Below, one piece after another: positions 1-12,046 of a stretch of 39,406 nt of DNA. Origin of the DNA: Octopus bimaculoides (taxonomy: Eukaryota); NCBI RefSeq assembly GCF_001194135.2, contig NC_068988.1, positions 32,600,031 to 32,639,436 of the forward strand, written 5' to 3'. Every line of letters begins with the position of its first letter. The stretch's first letter is position 1. The translations under genes and the position numbers were made by a program. The notes below the pieces were generated by a model. It was not told the origin of the DNA. It was given only the letters and a program-made list of their open reading frames with translations, and ran no database searches.

Positions 1-996
1 GCCAACCTCGCCGCCAAAACGTCGGATGCGATGCCACTTCTAATTGCCTCTTCTATCTTCTTAACTAGCTCACCCTCTACTCTGTTTATGTCTATGGCTA
101 GTGCTTTGCTATACCTAACCGCTTCTGCTTTTATTGCTCTCTTGAGGGCAAACCACCATTTGTTATTGATGATGACTCCCGTCAAAGCCCTCTTTACTAA
201 CGTGCTAATCCGGTCTCTGAAAACCTGTCTCGACGGGAAAGACGCGTTTAGTTTCCAGTAACCGGGGCCCTGCCTATGTGTCTTATCTAAGTCTAGCGTA
301 CACGTCACAAGTTTGTGATCCGTGTAGCTGACTATATGAAATTGTGGACACTCTATGCTATCTCTATCTGCTCTCCTACACAGTACTCTATCTAGATACA
401 ATCTCGACGACCCGATGCGGTTTGTCCATGTCCACATTAGCGAATTCGGGTGGTCGAGTCGGTACCTGTCAGACAGTTGAAAGCGTCTGAGCAGGTCTTT
501 GAGGCATTTGCATCCCCGTCTATTCCTATCTCTGACCACATAGTCTAGATGCGTGTCCAAGGTAGCATTCCAGCCCCCCCACTAAAAGTAAAGGACGAGA
601 CGTTCCTAGGAATACTTCTAGACCTCGAAAGAAATTCGGCCTACCTGTTAAAGGTGGTGCGTATACTGATATGAGTCGAAAAGCACACCCATCGCTGCCA
701 TCGACATCCAGAACAACCAATCTACCCTCCGGGTCTATGAATACTGTCTTTACTTCGAGATCCAGTCTCTTGCGAAAGAGTACCACCGTGCCACTACCGC
801 CCATTCTCAGCAGACAGGGAGAAAAATAAATGTTAAACTGTCTGCCAAACATGGACGTTAGGGCCCGCGGATCATGTAGTCTGGTCTCGCTTATGGCTAT
901 GATTTCTAGTTTGTGTGACTTTATGTCGTTTAGGAGGTACCCTTGTTTCCAAGGGGACCCCAAGCCACGCGCATTTACACAACCAATCTTGAGCAT
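1..996 (-). pseudogene. LINE ORF2 apurinic-like endonuclease (APE) domain, frameshifted at 574-580
   Basis: MLKIGCVNARGL...IAISETRL...LISVYAP...LLVG. After removing one G from the G7 run the frame continues stop-free to base 1: GWNA...YLDRV...SYTDH...GPGYWKLN... Confidence 0.9.
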
Positions 997-1022
997 AATT
1001 CTAATGTGAGTGTTAGAGTCAC

Positions 1023-2020
1023 TTACCGTTCGAGAGATTTTGTCTCCTCCTTCGGGTTTTCTTCGAGGAGATCCTTGTACAGTTTTTTCGGCAGGTATTT
1101 TTGGCATTTGCCAACTGCCTTGGGAAACATAGCTTTTAGTGTGTGGTGCAGGGTTCGTGTTATGTGTAGTATTTTGATGTGTTCTGGCGGTGTTGTGTAC
1201 GGGTAGTTGCTGGTCTTTATGTCTTCGTTTGTTATGTTTGTTTTTGTGTTGATGTATTCCATCAACTCTGAGTTTTTTGTGTTGATGGCAGTGAGCATTG
1301 TGTGTGTGCTTATTTTGGGGGTTTTGTTACTTGTGTTGTTGTTATGTGTACTTGTGTTGGTGTCTGGAGTGTTTTCGGGAGTTGTGTATCTCCCTGCTTT
1401 GTTTGTGTTTGCTTTTATTTTCTTGCTCCTCTTCCTCCTTCCTTTCTGGGCTATTTTCCATTCCTCACTACTTTCATCTTCCGACGAAGGTTCTGAGGAA
1501 TCGGAAGGGGGCAGGGGCATGTCGTGTAGATCTGTGTTTGTTTGTGTAAGTGGTTGTGTTGTTTTTGTTGTTGCTGGTTGTTAACTTTCTGGTTGTGGTG
1601 TATGTGATGTGTGGGGAGGGGGATCAGTTTTTGTATTGTCTTTTGGTTTTACTGTTTCTTTTGTTCTAGTTGTTGTAGGTGTTTTTTCAAATGCTGTTTT
1701 ATGTTCATTTGTTGGTGTTGTTGGATGTGTTTCTTTTGTTTTACTTTCATTGCTTGTTTTCTGTGTTGATGGTGGTGTGGGTAGTAAAGGTTCCTTTTTC
1801 CTTGTACTCTTTTCTTGTTGTGGTTGTTGTTCTTGCTCTTGTTGATTTTTCTTTGTTGTTGGGCAGTTAGTTCGGAGGTGCCCTTCTCTGCCACACAGAT
1901 AGCAGCGAAGCCTCCTACCTTCTACCACTAGATAGAGAATATGGCCGTCTGGCATATCAATACAGTGTGGGATGTTGCTTACTTGACTCTCATTGATTTG
2001 GAGCAATACTTCGATCAGAT
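1023..2020 (-). pseudogene. LINE ORF1 (gag-like, CCHC zinc knuckle) with one in-frame stop at 1581-1583
   Basis: CYLCGREGHLRTNC (CX2CX4HX4C) at 1863-1904. Track ORFs 1581-2006 and 1023-1520 are in the same frame, separated by a single TAA. Confidence 0.85.
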
Positions 2021-2022
2021 AA

Positions 2023-2082
<60 letters not shown>

Positions 2083-2110
2083 TCAGACAGATGGATAGGT
2101 AGAGAGAGAG
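2017..2110. repeat. (GATA)n microsatellite decaying into (GA)n
   Basis: Direct reading of tandem atag units. Confidence 0.95.
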
Positions 2111-2786
2111 AAGGGGTCCCCCTTCCTGTTCACCATTCATTCATTTATATTGACATTTACATTTGTACTGTAAGATTCCTTTCAAATGACATAAATTACG
2201 ATTATAAAGACTTTTGTGGGGAAATTTTTTGTTAGGGATTTTCGTAATTATTTTGAAAGCACAGCCTCCGAAATTATGCGGTATGGGTAGAGGCATCTTT
2301 GTAGGAAAATTGTTTTAAAACTATTTTGGCCAATTTGTTTTTCACTTCAAAACCTTAGGAAAAGCATTTTCGGTAAGAAATTTAAAAAAAAATTGTTAAC
2401 GTTTTCATAGGAAAAAGTGAGTGATTTAAGGGCGATTTTGCTGTTGTTTCTAGCATATCCAAAGATAACCCTCCTTGTTTATTTATCACTCTGTCATTCA
2501 ATATTTTCTCCCCATCAATTCATTTATATGCTATAAAAAAGAAAACTTGAGAAACTATGAATATTTTGCAATTCTACTTTCTGCCCCCGATTGCTTCTGT
2601 TTACAAATTAAAATATTGGAGAGACTGAGAATGTCGTTGCTGGCATTTATCCACAGTGGTTTACAAAAATTACGGAGATGTACTTGCATAGCAAGTGACA
2701 TGATCTTAGATCGCGTGCTGAAAAAAAAATTGCAGCGTAGATGTTTGTAAGCCATTCAAGAACACATAGAAAACGTTAGTTTCACT

Positions 2787-3010
2787 GCACTACTTAAATA
2801 CAGAGGCCCCGTAGCACCTACATAACGATATGAAGGGGAGGGTTAGTTTTAGGGCTATTTTTTAGTGTTAAGGTTGGGCTAGTTTTAGGGTTAGGGTGTC
2901 ATTACACGTCCACACAGCATATTTAAAATGTTTTGTACATAACACCTGTATTCATGTGGTAGCTCTATATTTAAGTAGTACTTTTAAGGGACTCTGTATT
3001 GAAGTAGTAC
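2787..3010. mobile_element. MITE-like non-autonomous element with about 23-bp terminal inverted repeats
   Basis: gcactacttaaatacagaggccc (2787-2809) vs reverse complement of 2988-3010 gtactacttcaatacagagtccc, 20/23 match. Extra partial copy of the right repeat at 2961-2981. TTAGGG-like core at about 2838-2898. Confidence 0.55.
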
Positions 3011-3198
3011 CAGTTTAACTTGAACATTAGAATTTCAGGTGTGTAAAAATATTTTCTTCGCCTTGAAACTGCGACCTGTTCACTCGTCGGTAACATTTCT
3101 TTCTCCTCGTCTTCTAATAGTAAATACCCAACTTTCTAGGCTCTTCTCACAGCTATACTGCGTTCAAAAAATATACACGTATTTAAAAAATTCCATTC

Positions 3199-3296
3199 AA
3201 TAAATAATAAATTACGTATTAATAGACTAATAAATAACAAATTACGTATACATTAAAAGAGTAATAAATAATAAGTTACGTATACATTAATAGAAT
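3199..3296. repeat. AT-rich minisatellite, 3 units of about 30-34 bp
   Basis: Unit aataaataataaattacgtat(ac)attaataga starts at about 3199, 3229 and 3263. Confidence 0.8.
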
Positions 3297-4203
3297 TAAC
3301 TGTCGGTTTTCCAAATAGCGAATGAAAGTGAGAGACTTTGTAAATGAGAATAGAATACTCCGCAGTAACTGCAATGAATTTTGAAATTTGTGAAATTGAA
3401 GCAGTAAATACAATGAATATTTAAATTTGCGAGAAATTGGAGTTAAAGTAATCCAAGAAACTTGAGAAATCCAAATTATAGAAAATTTCTTAGAACATGA
3501 ATTTATAAAAATATTTCCAGACGGTCAACCCTTTAGCAATTGCTTTCTCTTAGTACTCTTAGTACTTGTTATAGACCTAATTGATAGACGGCTTTATTTG
3601 TTATAGTATAGATCATAATGTAATTATATCTATCTATCTATCTATCTATCTACCTATACATATATATNNNNNNNNNNNNNNNNNNNNNNNNNNNNNNNNN
3701 NNNNNNNNNNNNNNNNNNNNNNNNNNNNNNNNNNNNNNNNNNNNNNNNNNNNNNNNNNNNNNNNNNNNNNNNNNNNNNNNNNNNNNNNNNNNNNNNNNNN
3801 NNNNNNNNNNNNNNNNNNNNNNNNNNNNNNNNNNNNNNNNNNNNNNNNNNNNNNNNNNNNNNNNNNNNNNNNNNNNNNNNNNNNNNNNNNNNNNNNNNNN
3901 NNNNNNNNNNNNNNNNNNNNNNNNNNNNNNNNNNNNNNNNNNNNNNNNNNNNNNNNNNNNNNNNNNNNNNNNNNNNNNNNNNNNNNNNNNNNNNNNNNNN
4001 NNNNNNNNNNNNNNNNNNNNNNNNNNNNNNNNNNNNNNNNNNNNNNNNNNNNNNNNNNNNNNNNNNNNNNNNNNNNNNNNNNNNNNNNNNNNNNNNNNNN
4101 NNNNNNNNNNNNNNNNNNNNNNNNNNNNNNNNNNNNNNNNNNNNNNNNNNNNNNNNNNNNNNNNNNNNNCGTGTGTGTGTGTGTGTGTGTTTGTGTGTGT
4201 GTA

Positions 4204-4248
<45 letters not shown>

Positions 4249-4370
4249 GTGTTTGAGTGTGTGATTGTGTGCGTATGTATGTATGTATGTATATATATAT
4301 AGAAACCGAAATTAAACGAAATGCAATAACATTCTTCTCTAGTCTAGACACAAGGCCCGAAATTTTGGGG

Positions 4371-4700
4371 ATGAGACATTTAATGTTGTTTTATATCATA
4401 GTCATTCCTTGGACACCATAGCTCACTCCAGTAAATAGTTGTTTGCAAGCGTATATCAGGGTGTGGGTGGTTTATGTGGAATTTGTTAGAGATACTCGTC
4501 AAAGATCCATTTGAATTTTTCGACATCGTTTTCGTCCAATATATGTCATAGCTTGATGTAAAAAGATGGGAAGGCCAGTTGAGGTGAAATACTTCTGCAA
4601 GCATGGGCTTGGTAGAGGACAGATGGCACGGATTCCAAGACCTGAGTGAAATTTAAAGTTGATGCCAATATCATTTGCAATGCTGACTTTTCAACGCCTC
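4371..4700 (-). mobile_element. 3' end of a CR1/L2-type LINE, decayed (copy 1)
   Basis: Minus-strand translation with stops and shifts: LQKYFTSTG...FKWIFDEYL*QIPHKPPTP*Y...NNYLLE, resembling the F..LD.FL..IPD.P..PGY...NSL tail of CR1/L2-group ORF2. Clearly similar to 7141-7475. Confidence 0.65.
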
Positions 4701-7140
4701 GTATTTCTGTACTTCCACCGCACTGACCCTTTTGCATACTTAGTCCATCGGATCAATATCATACTCCCAATGCCTTACCATCATTTCAACAGGTGGCCAT
4801 CTCTTTCCGAAGCTATATACCATTTGGTCTAGTTTCATATTTTATCTTTCTAATTTGCACCTACCTTACAACTATACCCTTTGCTCTCCTTTCTTTCTCT
4901 TGTATATTCCAATCGGACCCTACTCAGAAACTTTTTGCTCTCCCCCACTAATAAACTCTCTGTCCTCCACTATTGCTCACTATCTAAACCCCTTCCAACA
5001 ACCCCTACACACACTCCCTTAACATATAAATACAGCCTCTGCGTGCATTCATTTTTATGCTCACATACATTAAATCACATCTATTCATCTACTTTTTGTT
5101 ACACAGTTGCTGCAATTAGACACATTATTCATATATTCAGCTGGTGTTCAAATGCCCTTATACACACACTTCTACTCACTGATCATCTACTCTTCGCATA
5201 CATATATAAATATTCATACCACTTTGTACCATACCAAACACCATCTTGTTAAGTTGGACTATACTATATCATATCTACTAGAACTTTTATGCTTACACAT
5301 ATCACTTTCATTTATGCACGACACAAAATACACAAACACACATCCATGGCCTTGTATATGAAATCACAGAAACCAACTCATTTGCTGTCTTCACACAGTA
5401 GCATATACTCACACAAATACCGATATAATTACACACACGTGCACACTCTACTATTTCTGTTGCTCCCTCCCCTTGCTATTTATTGTTCTCTCAAACTACA
5501 ATCTTCTATTTACAAAACACACAATTTGCATAACTTTTTGCTTCTATTCATCAGTTATTTCTTTTGCTCTTTATGATCTTCATCACTCTTATCTTTTCTT
5601 CTCGACAGATCTTTCTCGGCACTCTACCAAGTTCTTTTCACCATCGTTCAAGAATTCTCGCAATTTCCTTTCCCATTGCATCTCTTCACAGAATTCATAA
5701 TTATTTGTCATTGGAAATTTTAGTTTTAACCACTTTATTTGTTTCTTTAAATCACTCCCTTTCCCCATTTCTTATACACTGATGCCCATTTCAATAACAC
5801 CTTCCATATTCCTCCCGCGTATTTGCTACATGAAAATCATCATTCCCTCATGTACCAACACTTACATAGTCATAGATCTGCTTTCCTTTCAACCACCTAA
5901 AAATTTCACACGTACACTTTTATCTCGTCCCAAGTAACCAACGTCATCATTTCTACACATTTCTAAACTCATACACTACAACACAAGCCAGCTGAAATCT
6001 GAAATAACTAAACATAGAAAATCTAGTTGTTTCAAAGTAACAGAATGTTGTATTGGAGATACAAGAAAATAATCGTTTTTGGAATTGTCTTATTTTTATT
6101 AATATATCTTAAAGTAGTCTATTGCGAATGTTGTACTATAATCTATTATGTAGTTTATTAATAGAAACAATAGGTTCTCACTCATGAGTACAATGTGTGA
6201 TGCTCTATTAGTGTAAATCACTGGTATCTTATAAATTCTTCAAATTAGGATGTCACTGAGTCTGATATATAACACACAATTACTTAAGAATTATGAAACT
6301 AAAGTGGAAATTCAGTGGAAAAAAGTTTGAACTAGTATCAGAAATAAAGAAACAAATTGCTTTTATTTCATAAAAGGTTGTATATTGTTAAAACCAAGTA
6401 TGATACAAGCAGTTATTTGCACAACATACAGTTATTACAGAACTAAAGAGAGATTAACCATTGTTGCATAAATTTGTGGCATTCAAAATTTCTAAAATGA
6501 AGAAACATCTTTCATTCAAATTTGTTCAAAGTCTGCGTATATATATAGATATATATTAGTACATATATAAATGCACACATACGTATATAAATATGCGTGT
6601 TATGTGTATGATTGTATGGTGGTATATATCTCGTGTCAGTAAATCGTGACCAATTCATGAATTCTCTCGTTCGTCAACGCTTAGTACAATCAGTTTGAGT
6701 GAAGATGAAACCCTTCAGTGTGATGCTCCACCATGCTTAATGTCCAGTTCCTGATTCAAGTAAAACACTTAATGAATGTTCTCATACATGTATATATTTA
6801 TAATGGGCATACTTCGCACAGCTTCAATCACAATAGTCAATTCTACCACAAGTAAAAGTAAACTAAGACTACTCGTGCAAGAACTTTCATTAATCTCAAC
6901 ATCATCTGCTATCGCGTATACAGATGCCGCCTTAATCCTACTTCTCCTATGTGCAGTTATCTGAAATAACTTACTATATATTGTAGTGTTCGAAAACAGA
7001 CATTAAATAAATTTCTAAATTCAGAGTATTGAAAGATATTCATATGTAGGATTATTCATATTGAATTGTAGATACTTAGACAATGACTAAAATTTCGGCT
7101 ATAATTGGCTCGAGTCATGAAGAACTTTATAAAGTCACCT

Positions 7141-7745
7141 GGATAAGACATTTAATGACGTTTTATATCATAGTCGTTCTTTGGACACCATAGCTCATTC
7201 GAGTAAAGAGTTGTTTGCAGACATATCCGGGTGTAGGTGGTTTATGTGGAATTTGTTAGAGATACTCGTCTAGGATTCGTTTGGATATTGTGACATCATT
7301 TTCGTCTAATATATGTCATAGCATGATGTAAACAGGGGGCAGATCCAGTTGAGGTGAACTACTTCTGTTGAAGAGTTTTTATATAATGCGGGCATGGGTT
7401 TGGTAGAGGACAGATGACATGGGGTCCAAGACTTGAATGAAGTTTAAAGTTGATGCCAATATCATTTGGACAATGGTGTTGAAAATTTTGCCTGTAATAC
7501 AAACGACATAGCACGCTTGGCGGGCTGGAAGAAGTGAAGCTGATTTTAAATTGATCGATCTCTGGAGTGCTACAATTTATTTAATATTTTCTTTAATGTT
7601 GGGAGGCAACAACGGACAACAGTTTTCAAGGTGATGACGGACGTAGGTGGAGATGGGAACAGAAATGTTAGGAGCGTCTTTAGCCCGAATGGCGTCCCTG
7701 AAAATCTGGGAGAACACCCTGCTGGCAGCATACTGCTTTAGTTTA
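7141..7745 (-). mobile_element. 3' part of a CR1/L2-type LINE, decayed and internally deleted (copy 2)
   Basis: Minus strand gives YVRHHLENCCPLLPP (like VRPHLEYC..W.P) and KRILDEYL*QIPHKPPTPGYV. Same 3' terminus as copy 1. Confidence 0.7.
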
Positions 7746-8659
7746 ATGAATTAAACAAAGGTGATTGTGAGAAACAGTCTTTCATTTCAAATTGACTTCC
7801 GTTCAATATATTTTAATGGAGAATAATTCTTAAATCACTATCACTAAATGAACTATTGATCCGCTATGATATGCTGTTATACCATGACAAAATAATTCAT
7901 GTGATGATTAGACAATGGAGGAATATTTTTTTATCAAGACAATGTAAGAAACCCTAATGTGTATAAGGAAATAAACGTGTAGAAGATCGCTCAAGGCCAA
8001 TACATTATAGAAGGCTAAAAGGTTTTAAACTAAACACACGTTCGCTTTGCATTTCCCCCTGTTATGCAATTATTTGCTAGTTTGACTTAAGATTTACTCC
8101 GGGAGATGAAAAGGTTGATGAACAATTGATTTTAGTAGGTGAAAGATTGTAATTGCTTAGATGTAATTCAGAATTTATTTGCCACACATTTGGATCCATT
8201 TACGTAGTGAGATATAAGTATATCCATGGCAAATATAAAGTACTGTTTCGATATAACAATTGAAACGCGTCACACCATAGAACGGAGAGTGATTTAAATA
8301 ACTTGAAGCTATACTTTTCATTGGCATTCAGTGACAGCTTCGATAAGGAATGAAAACATCTATCACAGAATTCGAAAGTAATAATTATAAATAGGAAGTC
8401 ATTAGATGTATCGTGCTACAACAATACAGTACGTGAAAAATAAATCAAGAAATAATTATCATTGCGTAATTTATATATCATCATCCTCATACCAATTATG
8501 TGCCTATATATATNNNNNNNNNNNNNNNNNNNNNNNNNNNNNNNNNNNNNNNNNNNNNNNNNNNNNNNNNNNNNNNNNNNNNNNNNNNNNNNNNNNNNNN
8601 NNNNNNNNNNNNNNNNNNNNNNNNNATATATATATATATATAAACTGTAGGCAACTTAC

Positions 8660-8720
8660 TTATACCTTGACAACACTGTTACTTTTGTGTTTCCTCCCGA
8701 TATAAGCCAAAATACAAGGT
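8660..8720 (-). CDS. Candidate internal exon C of an unidentified host gene (61 nt, or 55 nt with the donor after 8666)
   Basis: Acceptor gcgtcttccag, donor gtaagt (or gtataa). Open in phase 1: (D)LVFWLISGGNTKVTVLSRY. No homology recognised. Confidence 0.25.
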
Positions 8721-9849
8721 CTGGAAGACGCATAATGTCACAGCACACCTTTGATGCAAGTCAGATGAAGGGCCTCTCTAATGTCTATAACAGCAAACAA
8801 TACGTAAATTTCCATTTCGAATTTATGCATAAGCTGGCACTTCAAGTAAATTCGCTACAGAAACAATTGTAACGAATCATTAAAGATGTGTTAAAATATT
8901 TTCGTTGTATTCCCCTCACAGATTTACATACTTAGTGCAGTCATCGTTCTATTTTGTCTAAGTCCTGAAAAAGAATTCTGAAGTTTAGGTCTCCAACCAG
9001 GCCTCTCGTAATTCCCGTACAGCCAGGAACTTTTAAGCACGCTCTCGTGTAACTATATACATAAATACTTTCATATATATATATATATATATATAAATAT
9101 ATATATATANNNNNNNNNNNNNNNNNNNNNNNNNNNNNNNNNNNNNNNNNNNNNNNNNNNNNNNNNNNNNNNNNNNNNNNNNNNNNNNNNNNNNNNNNNN
9201 NNNNNNNNNNNNNNNNNNNNNNNNNNNNNNNNNNNNNNNNNNNNNNNNNNNNNNNNNNNNNNNNNNNNNNNNNNNNNNNNNNNNNNNNNNNNNNNNNNNN
9301 NNNNNNNNNNNNNNNNNNNNNNNNNNNNNNNNNNNNNNNNNNNNNNNNNNNNNNNNNNNNNNNNNNNNNNNNNNNNNNNNNNNNNNNNNNNNNNNNNNNN
9401 NNNNNNNNNNNNNNNNNNNNNNNNNNNNNNNNNNNNNNNNNNNNNNNNNNNNNNNNNNNNNNNNNNNNNNNNNNNNNNNNNNNNNNNNNNNNNNNNNNNN
9501 NNNNNNNNNNNNNNNNNNNNNNNNNNNNNNNNNNNNNNNNNNNNNNNNNNNNNNNNNNNNNNNNNNNNNNNNNNNNNNNNNNNNNNNNNNNNNNNNNNNN
9601 NNNNNNNNNNNNNNNNNNNNNNNNNNNNNNNNNNNNNNNNNNNNNNNNNNNNNNNNNNNNNNNNNNNNNNNNNNNNNNNNNNNNNNNNNNNNNNNNNNNN
9701 NNNNNNNNNNNNNNNNNNNNNNNNNNNNNNNNNNNNNNNNNNNNNNNNNNNNNNNNNNNNNNNNNNNNNNNNNNNNNNNNNNNNATGTGTTTCAGCCAAG
9801 TGGCTGCGGTCATGCTGGTGCACCACCGTGGAAATAAATGCGATCTTTT

Positions 9850-10082
9850 TTTAAAGCCTAGCCAGATTCATGGGTCCGATTTTCCCGTTTCTATGAGGTA
9901 TGTGTTCTCCAGCTGTACGGGACGCTAGTCCATCGCAGCGTTACTCATTTTTGCCAGCTGGGTAAACTGGAGCAACGTGAAATGAAATATTTTACTCAAG
10001 AGAACATCGCGTCGCTCGGTCTAGGAATCGAAACCACAATCTTACGATCATGATGCTGACACCCTAACCACTAAGCCACACT
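9850..10082 (-). mobile_element. tRNA-derived SINE with a CORE/V-like central domain
   Basis: Minus strand begins tgtggcttagtggttagggtgtcagc...ggtttcgattcc (A and B boxes), then ttcacgttgctccagtttacccagctggcaaaaatgagtaac and ctgcgatggactagcgtcccgtacag. Same family as 14662-14896. Confidence 0.85.
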
Positions 10083-10673
10083 AACATGCACACACATATA
10101 CACATATACACAAATATGGACTCATATATACACATGCACTCATATACACTCATATACACTCATATACACTAGGAAAAATGAAATGTTAGTAATTACAAGC
10201 ATTAAAGAAATATATCCAAGGATATATCTGATAATTTCCATTTATAAGTAAATTCCAGTGAAATGAGAAGAGAGAATTGCAGTTCCTAATGCTAAAATCT
10301 CAAACATTATAAGTTAAATAAAGATTGGAATAGTTTAAGAAGGCAGCGGTAGAAGATTTGGCCTATGATAGTCAATTGCGACATATAGCTATACGTTATT
10401 CGTTTCAATGAATAATGATACGCTTGGAGTAAGAAGATGAATAGTTTTAGTTGACACTTCGTAATTAGAAAATTATGTTGCCGTTGAATTTTGTAAATGA
10501 GATACAGATAGGTTTCCATTAAACGGAAATTGAACTAATCAAAATTGTAAACTTGAAGACAACTGCAGAATCTTTATTAAATCAACCATTTTCTTAATAA
10601 TGATGCACAGTGAGAAACAGTTACATTCGGATACGTAGATATCTTGATAATCATAAGTAGGTCAGACGCTTAC

Positions 10674-10797
10674 CAATATTAATTATTCCACTTCCCCGGT
10701 AAACACTACGTTCAGTCACCAACGTATCAGACCAGCGGTTCAAATTACAAGTAGTCGATAATGAACATGTCTTTATGTCATCTTCGCTGCTGCAAGT
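10674..10797 (-). CDS. Candidate internal exon B of an unidentified host gene (124 nt, phase 0 to 1)
   Basis: Acceptor ctctcaaaacttttaccag, donor G|gtaagc. Only one of three frames is open: TCSSEDDIKTCSLSTTCNLNRWSDTLVTERSVYRGSGIINI. Non-repetitive and GC-richer than its flanks. Confidence 0.35.
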
Positions 10798-12021
10798 CTG
10801 GTAAAAGTTTTGAGAGTGCTACAGTTTATTGAACGTTAGTCTATTATTGAAACATAAGTACCTACACATGCATATAAACACATACACGCACACACCCACG
10901 TTTTTGTTTGGACTGTCTTTGCACAGGGGACATCCCGACTCCTACCTTCGCTGTGAACAAGAATTAAGCTTCTGTCTTCGCTCCATTTCGCCATATGGGC
11001 TCAAATCACCGACTCTCTTCATCTGACACGAACTTCACCTGCTCTCTTCGCTTGATACCAGCCCCACACGACTCCACACGCACTAGCAGCGACCAATTCC
11101 CAGCACCCATACCAACAACCATCATAATACACCCACACGCATGCTTCAATAGCGTTACCATAGATACCACTATATAAACAGTCACACATACAAACTACTT
11201 AACTCAGTATTCACACCACACACATCCTACATCACACATCCATGCATACTCCCACACTCACAGACGCACATGATACCTGACTACAGGCTATATATATACA
11301 TACACAAACAACACACATTAACAGAGACAAAGATAACTTTCTCCCACATATACACACCATACATATGCTTACTGTTTGGCCACACACACACACACATACA
11401 CATACACACGCACACACACATACACACGCACACGCACAATTATTACATATATACACATTCATTAAGGTCAATCATTCGCATATTCACACTTACACACTCA
11501 CACACACCATTTTCACATACACATACGCACGCGCACCTTTTTTGTTGGGATCACTAGCACTTTATTATCTTCATTCCATTCAAACATTGTTTATTATCTC
11601 CTTTTTTTTTCAACCGCTTTTTTCCAATCATTCACCATGCTGGACCGTTGAAAGCTTCAGTTTTTTTTTCATTCTCTCTCTATGTATTTTCTTTTATTCC
11701 TTTCTGTTGATGAGCCTTAAACTAATACACTTACTTGTTGTTCGAACACCTGTTTTCGTCTTATATATACACACACATATATATATATATATAATCCAAC
11801 ATTCTGACTACCATATTATTATGAATATACAATATCTGCACATCACTTCAATACCTCTCTCTATATATATATATCTGTGTGTGTGTATGTGTTTGTGCGC
11901 GCGCGCGTGTGTCTGTGTGCTTGTGGTGAATGAAATGTGAGATGTTAATGTTTTCATATAAAGATCATCACAAAATTGGAGTTGTGCTTCATCTGACTTG
12001 CATCAAAAGCTCTGCTCTTAC

Positions 12022-12046
12022 CTTCTGCAACTGTTGTTTGTTGCTT
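12022..12046 (-). CDS. Candidate micro-exon A (25 nt)
   Basis: Long pyrimidine tract ttcttatttcttacttattcttccctgccgacag, then AAGCAACAAACAACAGTTGCAGAAG, then gtaaga. All three frames are open. Confidence 0.25.

Larger units (their letters stand above)
1..2020 (-). mobile_element. L1/Tx1-type non-LTR retrotransposon, 5'-truncated, running off the window start (ORF1 plus N-terminal part of ORF2)
   Basis: Minus strand encodes a CCHC-knuckle ORF1 followed 26 nt after its stop by an APE endonuclease ending in GPGYWKLN, a linker typical of L1/Tx1 ORF2. The 5' end abuts a (GATA)n tract. Confidence 0.9.

Noticed and set aside
996-1107. ORF2 frame is open across the end of ORF1, suggesting a programmed -1 frameshift
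   Set aside because: There is no canonical X XXY YYZ slippery heptamer, and ORF2 has its own ATG at the expected APE start.
2300-2416. taggaaaa recurring at about 53-nt spacing (array or CRISPR-like)
   Set aside because: Only an 8-nt AT-rich motif in three copies, in a eukaryotic context with no cas genes.
2838-2898. Interstitial telomere
   Set aside because: Only a few degenerate TTAGGG units, better explained as the core of the TIR element.
4870-5800. Possible decayed PLE C-terminus (IKW...EFC...LN...C) with a TG-rich tail on the minus strand
   Set aside because: The similarity is too weak and no GIY-YIG core was found.
6770-6960. Possible minus-strand exon after ttatttcag (ITAHRRSRIKAASVYAIADD...)
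   Set aside because: No clear donor, phase incompatible with exon C, and no recognisable homology.
10940-11030. Hammerhead-like core on the minus strand (tga gcc catat ggc gaaa)
   Set aside because: The CUGAnGA box is broken and I could not find stems I and III.
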